Shown here piece after piece: positions 23,880 to 28,020 of a stretch of DNA of 28,020 bases; positions within the stretch are counted from its first letter, which is position 1, and each line of letters opens with the position of its first letter. Source of the DNA: a virus (lineage: Duplodnaviria > Caudoviricetes). The notes beneath the pieces are model-generated. The model saw only the letters and a program-made list of their open reading frames with translations, did no database searches and had not been told where the DNA came from. The DNA lies in IMG/VR virus record IMGVR_UViG_3300038393_002063, positions 1 through 28,020 of that record; one strand, written 5' to 3'. The position numbers and the translations under genes were made by a program.

Positions 23880-25616
23880 ATGCTTGGCTTTGCTCCCATC
23901 GGTACACTGCCGATCGGCGGGCAGCCTCTTGCCGCCGGTGGAGGCGGTGCGACGGTCTCCGCAGCGGCGGGTGCGGCAGCTGGCACGGGCGACGATACCA
24001 CAACCGGCGTCGCGATCGACACCGGCGCTGGCGCCGCATCCGGCACGGGTACTGACACCGCAACAGGACGCGCGACCGCAGGTGCAGCAGGCGCAGCGGC
24101 AGGTTCTGGCGCTGACACGGGCGCTGGGGCCGCAATCGACACGGGTGCTGGCGCAGCGGCAGGCTCGGGCGCTGACACGGGTGCTGGCGGTGCAGTCGAT
24201 CAGGCGGCTGGGGCTGCAAGCGGCACGGGTGCCGACACCGGCGCCGGCGGCGCAATCGCTGCCGGTGCAGGCTCGGCGACGGGCGCGGGCACGGACAGCG
24301 GCGCGGGTGGCGCCGTCGATCAGGCGACTGGCTCGGCGGCTGGCACTGGCAGTGACACCGCGACGGGCCGCGCAACGGCTGGTGCGGCGGGCGCTGCGGT
24401 CGGCACAGGGACAGATGCAGGCGCTGGCGGCGCAATCGACCAGGCGGCTGGCGCGGCAAGCGGTGCGGGAACGGACACCGGCGCTGCAACCGCGACGGCA
24501 GGCGCTACTGGCGCTGCGACGGGTGCGGGTGCCGACACTGGCGCGGGCGGTGCAGTCGCCCAGGGCGCTGGCGATGCGGCGGGCTCCGGCACGGACAGCG
24601 GTATCGCTGGCGGCTATGCTGGCGCGGCAGGCTCGGCATCTGGTGCGGGCGATGTCAGCGGTGCTGGCGGTGCAACGGACACGACCGCAGGTGCTGCAAG
24701 TGGCGCTGGCACTGACACTGGTGCTGGCGGCGCAATCGTCAGCGCTACAGGATCCGCAGCCGCCTCTGGCGACGACAGCGGTGCGGGCACTGCAACGGCT
24801 GGCGCGGCAGGCGCGGCGGCAGGCGCTGGCATCGACGATGGCGCGGGCGGTGCGATCGACACTGGCGCGGGCTCGGCCACGGGTACGGGCGCGGATAGCG
24901 GTGACGGCGCTGCCCATGCGGGCGCTGCTGGTTCGGCGGCCGGCGCAGGTGCGGACACGGGTGCTGGCGCGGCGGTCAGTGAGGCTGCCGGCTCAGCGGC
25001 TGGGGCTGGGGCCGACACGGGCACCGGTAGTGCGGTCGCGACCGGCGCGGGTGCAGCAAGCGGCCAAGGTGACGACACCGCAGCGGATGTTTCGATTGCG
25101 GGCGCGGCTGGCGCTGCAACGGGCACCGGCTCGGGTGCTGCAACTGGCACAGCAGTTTCGACGACTGATGCCATCGGCTCGGCCTCGGGCTCGGGCGATG
25201 CGGCTGGCGCGGGCGCCACGATCACGGCTGCTGCCGGCGCGGCAGCGGGCACGGTTGATGCTGAAGCGTCGGGCGCAGAGCTTCACGAGGCCGCAGGCGC
25301 GGCTGCAGCGACGGCTGATGCGGATGCGACGGCTGCCACGATTGCAGCAGCGGCCGGAACCGCAGCGGCTGAGGGCGCGACGGATGCGGCTGGCGCCGCG
25401 ACCGTCGAAGCGGCTGGTTCAGCGGCTGGCGGCGCGGAGATCATCGCCTTCTCGCCGATGCCACCGCTGCCAGGCGCGCGCATCGGAAGGGTTCAGCGGC
25501 CGGTTGGTCGTGCGGGCTTCGGCTCGAAGACAGGACAGACAAGCGGCGGAAGCCGCATCGGGACGGTCGTCGTCGCCAAGGTAAGGGCGGCTGGCGGCTC
25601 GCGAACGGGACCATAG
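23880..25616 (+). CDS. Ala/Gly/Thr-rich 20-aa tandem repeat protein
   Basis: MLGFAPIGTLPIG head, about 25 repeats, basic tail; abuts both neighbours. Confidence 0.82.
   Translation: MLGFAPIGTLPIGGQPLAAGGGGATVSAAAGAAAGTGDDTTTGVAIDTGAGAASGTGTDTATGRATAGAAGAAAGSGADTGAGAAIDTGAGAAAGSGADTGAGGAVDQAAGAASGTGADTGAGGAIAAGAGSATGAGTDSGAGGAVDQATGSAAGTGSDTATGRATAGAAGAAVGTGTDAGAGGAIDQAAGAASGAGTDTGAATATAGATGAATGAGADTGAGGAVAQGAGDAAGSGTDSGIAGGYAGAAGSASGAGDVSGAGGATDTTAGAASGAGTDTGAGGAIVSATGSAAASGDDSGAGTATAGAAGAAAGAGIDDGAGGAIDTGAGSATGTGADSGDGAAHAGAAGSAAGAGADTGAGAAVSEAAGSAAGAGADTGTGSAVATGAGAASGQGDDTAADVSIAGAAGAATGTGSGAATGTAVSTTDAIGSASGSGDAAGAGATITAAAGAAAGTVDAEASGAELHEAAGAAAATADADATAATIAAAAGTAAAEGATDAAGAATVEAAGSAAGGAEIIAFSPMPPLPGARIGRVQRPVGRAGFGSKTGQTSGGSRIGTVVVAKVRAAGGSRTGP
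23955..25445 (+). repeat. Degenerate 60-bp coding tandem repeat, about 25 units
   Basis: Units such as IDTGAGAAAGSGADTGAGGA; 20 consecutive 20-aa units, one 22-aa unit, then four more degenerate units. Confidence 0.9.
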
Positions 25617-25630
25617 GAGAAACCTGAGCA

Positions 25631-26173
25631 GTGTTCACCTGGGACAATGTCAAAAACCCCGGCGAGACGAAGGTCTATGCCTTCGACTGGTCCCGCGAGC
25701 TCGCGGCGGGCGAGACGATCACGTCCGCCTCCGCGTCGCTCATCAGCGGTTCGGAAGCGGGGCTGACCATCGTCCAGTCGAGCCAGTTCGAAGGTGCGCT
25801 CAGCTATGTAAAGGTGAGCGGGGGAACGGCGGGTCTTACTGCCGCGATCCGCGGCGAGGTCGTCACGAGCCTCGGCACCTATAGCGAGGTGGGGCTTCTG
25901 CCCGTCGTCGCCGACTTCGACCCGGCGCAGTCGACGCTTACCGACCTGCGCGCCGACCTGGTCGCCCTTCGCCAAGCGCGCGTGACGGCGCTGACGGGCG
26001 GGCAGATCAAGGAGGTTTGGCGGGACGGCCGGCGCATTGCCTATAACGTCGCCTCCGTCGCCGACCTGAACAAGGCGATCCACGATTACGAGAACCTGGT
26101 GACGGCCGCTGAAGCCACCGCGGCCGGCTCGAACCGTGGCCGCTACCGCGCTCTTCGTCCGAGGTTCTGCTAA
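25631..26173 (+). CDS. Fibre-adaptor-like domain fused to gpW head-tail joining domain
   Basis: N-term KNPGETKVYAFDWSRELAAGETITS...VSGGTAG; C-term ALTGGQIKEVWRDGRRIAYNVASVADLNKAI; directly before portal. Confidence 0.75.
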   Translation: MFTWDNVKNPGETKVYAFDWSRELAAGETITSASASLISGSEAGLTIVQSSQFEGALSYVKVSGGTAGLTAAIRGEVVTSLGTYSEVGLLPVVADFDPAQSTLTDLRADLVALRQARVTALTGGQIKEVWRDGRRIAYNVASVADLNKAIHDYENLVTAAEATAAGSNRGRYRALRPRFC

Positions 26174-27864
26174 TGCTGTCGCTCTCTGCCCCGCTGCTTG
26201 GCCAAAGCACGGCGGTCACAATCACGCGTGCCAAGGCCGAAGACGTTCCGAGCACCGGCATCGAGCGCCGTGTCAGCCCGTACTTCTCGCCGGCGTATGA
26301 CGCGGCGTCGTCCTCGAGCCAGGAGCTCAGCGCCTGGCATCCGCGGCAGGCGTCGGCTGATGCGGAGATTCTCGGCAGCCGCAACAAGATCGTCGCCCGC
26401 AGCCGTGCGCTCTACCGCAACAGCGGCTGGGCGATGGGCGGTGTCGACAAGCGCGTTGATGCTGTCGTGGGTCCGAGGATATGGCTGCGCGCCAAGCCCG
26501 ACTTCGCCGCCATGGGCCAGAGCGCGGAATGGGCGGCGAGATGGGCGATGCAGGTCGAGTCGATGTTCCGCCTGTGGGGAACGTCGGTTCGCTTCCTCTG
26601 CGACGTCGAGCGCCACGACCATTTCGGCGGTCTCGTTCGCCTCTCCTATTACCACTACGTTCTTGACGGCGAGGCGCTGATCTCAATCCAGTTCAGGGAG
26701 CGCGGCGGACCCCTTGCGACCTGCTTGCAGGTCTTCGACCCAGACCGGCTGAGCAACCCTGACGGCCGACCAAACGATCGGAACCTGCGCGACGGTGTCG
26801 TACTCGACGATGACGGCGCGGCGATCGGCTACTGGATCCGCAACTCGCATCCCGACGACGTCGGCGGCACGGACTTCGCCGCGCAGAAATGGACGTACTT
26901 CCCGCGGGAGAGCTCAACCGGGCGCCCGCTGATGGTGCACGTCTTCGACAAGAAGCGTGCGCACCAGCGCCGCGCCGTCGGTCGCCTCGCATCCGTCATG
27001 GGGCGGATGAAGATGCTCGAGAACTACGACAAGACCGAGCTGCAGGCCGCTGTCGTCAACGCCACCTTCGGCCTCTTCGCGCGCACCCAGCGCAGCAGCA
27101 CCGATGTCGCGGCGAGCCTCGCTCCAGCGGGTGATGATGACGAGAACGAGGCGCTCGAGAGCTTCCGCGCCGGCTGGTACGACCGCGCGGACCTGACGTT
27201 CAACGGTGCCCGCGTGGCGGTGCTGCCGGACGGCGATACGCTTGACACGATCGCGGCGACGCGACCGGCGACGAACTTCCAGGCCTATCAGCGGGCGGTG
27301 CTGAACTCGATCGCGGCGGCGCTGGGCATCTCGGGCGAGCAGCTCAGCAACGAATGGAACGGCATCAACTATTCGAACGCCCGCACGCTGCTGAATGAAA
27401 TCTGGCGCGGGCTCCTGTCCGACCGCCACCTTTTCACCTCGAAGCTCTGCACGCCTGTCTACGCGGCCGTGCTCGAAGAGGCGATCGCGCGCGACCTCGT
27501 CGAGGTGCCCGGCGGCAAGGTCATGTTCTACGTCATGCGCGATGCGCTTTGTCAGTGCGACTGGATCGGGCCGGGGCGGGGCTACATCGACCCGCTGAAG
27601 GAAATCAACGCGGCGCAGCTGCGCATTTCGACCGGTGTCTCGAACCTGCCGGACGAAGCCGCCGAGCAAGGCAACGACTGGCAGCACAATCTCTGGGAAG
27701 AGAAACGGGTGTTCGAGGAGCGCGTGAAATACGGTCTCACCGCCCCGCAGATGCAGGACGGCGGCAACGGCACGGGCAACGCGGGCGGCGGATCCGATGC
27801 GAACGACACCGCCGACTCGACGGACAACGCCGACCGACAAGAAGCAGCGGGAGCAACACGATGA
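26173..27864 (+). CDS. Portal protein, lambda family
   Basis: ARSRALYRN, DGEAL, DPDRL, INYSNAR, WIGPGRGYIDPLKE. Confidence 0.95.
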   Translation: MLSLSAPLLGQSTAVTITRAKAEDVPSTGIERRVSPYFSPAYDAASSSSQELSAWHPRQASADAEILGSRNKIVARSRALYRNSGWAMGGVDKRVDAVVGPRIWLRAKPDFAAMGQSAEWAARWAMQVESMFRLWGTSVRFLCDVERHDHFGGLVRLSYYHYVLDGEALISIQFRERGGPLATCLQVFDPDRLSNPDGRPNDRNLRDGVVLDDDGAAIGYWIRNSHPDDVGGTDFAAQKWTYFPRESSTGRPLMVHVFDKKRAHQRRAVGRLASVMGRMKMLENYDKTELQAAVVNATFGLFARTQRSSTDVAASLAPAGDDDENEALESFRAGWYDRADLTFNGARVAVLPDGDTLDTIAATRPATNFQAYQRAVLNSIAAALGISGEQLSNEWNGINYSNARTLLNEIWRGLLSDRHLFTSKLCTPVYAAVLEEAIARDLVEVPGGKVMFYVMRDALCQCDWIGPGRGYIDPLKEINAAQLRISTGVSNLPDEAAEQGNDWQHNLWEEKRVFEERVKYGLTAPQMQDGGNGTGNAGGGSDANDTADSTDNADRQEAAGATR

Positions 27865-28020
27865 CCGACTTGGCGCGTATCGCGGGACGGCTATTCAACA
27901 ATCCACTCGCGATCCGTCCCGAGAAGGCGGAGATGCTGGTCGCCGCGCTGTCCGAGCGGCTCGGCATTACTCGCCTCGAGCGCATGGACGCCGAGGCGAT
28001 GACGGCGGTCGAGCTGAATG
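27861..28020 (+). CDS. S49-family prohead protease (gpC-like), N-terminal fragment truncated by the window
   Basis: MTDLARIAGRLFNNPLAIRPEKAEML; ATGA overlap with portal. Confidence 0.7.
   Translation, partial: MTDLARIAGRLFNNPLAIRPEKAEMLVAALSERLGITRLERMDAEAMTAVELN

Larger units (their letters stand above)
1..28020. mobile_element. Temperate lambdoid phage of Alphaproteobacteria, partial genome, probably in excised/virion configuration
   Basis: Int/Xis/attP, cI-cro switch, replication module, terS-terL-gpW-portal-S49 order; no host housekeeping context seen. Confidence 0.95.

Noticed and set aside
23955-25445. CRISPR array or DGR template/variable repeat
   Set aside because: Units are contiguous, in frame and vary at synonymous sites; no repeat-spacer pattern, cas gene or reverse transcriptase seen
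23205-25584. Long alternative-frame ORFs (23205..24917 -, 23884..25584 +)
   Set aside because: Shadow frames of a GC-rich Ala/Gly repeat lacking stops; Arg/Cys-rich implausible composition

Overview
The whole window is part of a temperate, lambda-like (GpA terminase, lambda-type portal) phage of Alphaproteobacteria. The host is probably Sphingomonadaceae, inferred from several small proteins. The sequence looks like the excised or virion form, because an intact attP carrying the 3' half of a tRNA-Glu sits beside the integrase with phage genes on both sides. Left to right: (1) an initiator-type tRNA-Met and two rightward ORFs; (2) a leftward early operon (sliding clamp, DUF4326, Xis, Int, attP, DUF1643, YegP-like, Lar, HD hydrolase); (3) a cI/cro-like switch with 17-bp palindromic operators; (4) a rightward early operon (MT-A70 MTase, GcrA-like, GapR-like, RuvC-like, nuclease, DnaA domains III-IV, a second MTase, a Mom-like enzyme, and a replication initiator with internal iterons and a C-terminal DnaA domain I); (5) a late regulator, a small accessory cluster and a late promoter/terminator; (6) terS, terL, a 5.4-kb fibre-like module ending in an adaptor-gpW fusion, the portal and the start of an S49 protease. 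The two most striking candidate systems are a DnaA split across two genes with a sensor-II Arg-to-His change, set among host cell-cycle mimics, and a neck-fibre-like module built around about 25 exact-period 20-aa repeats. All family assignments come from motif recognition by eye; no searches were run.
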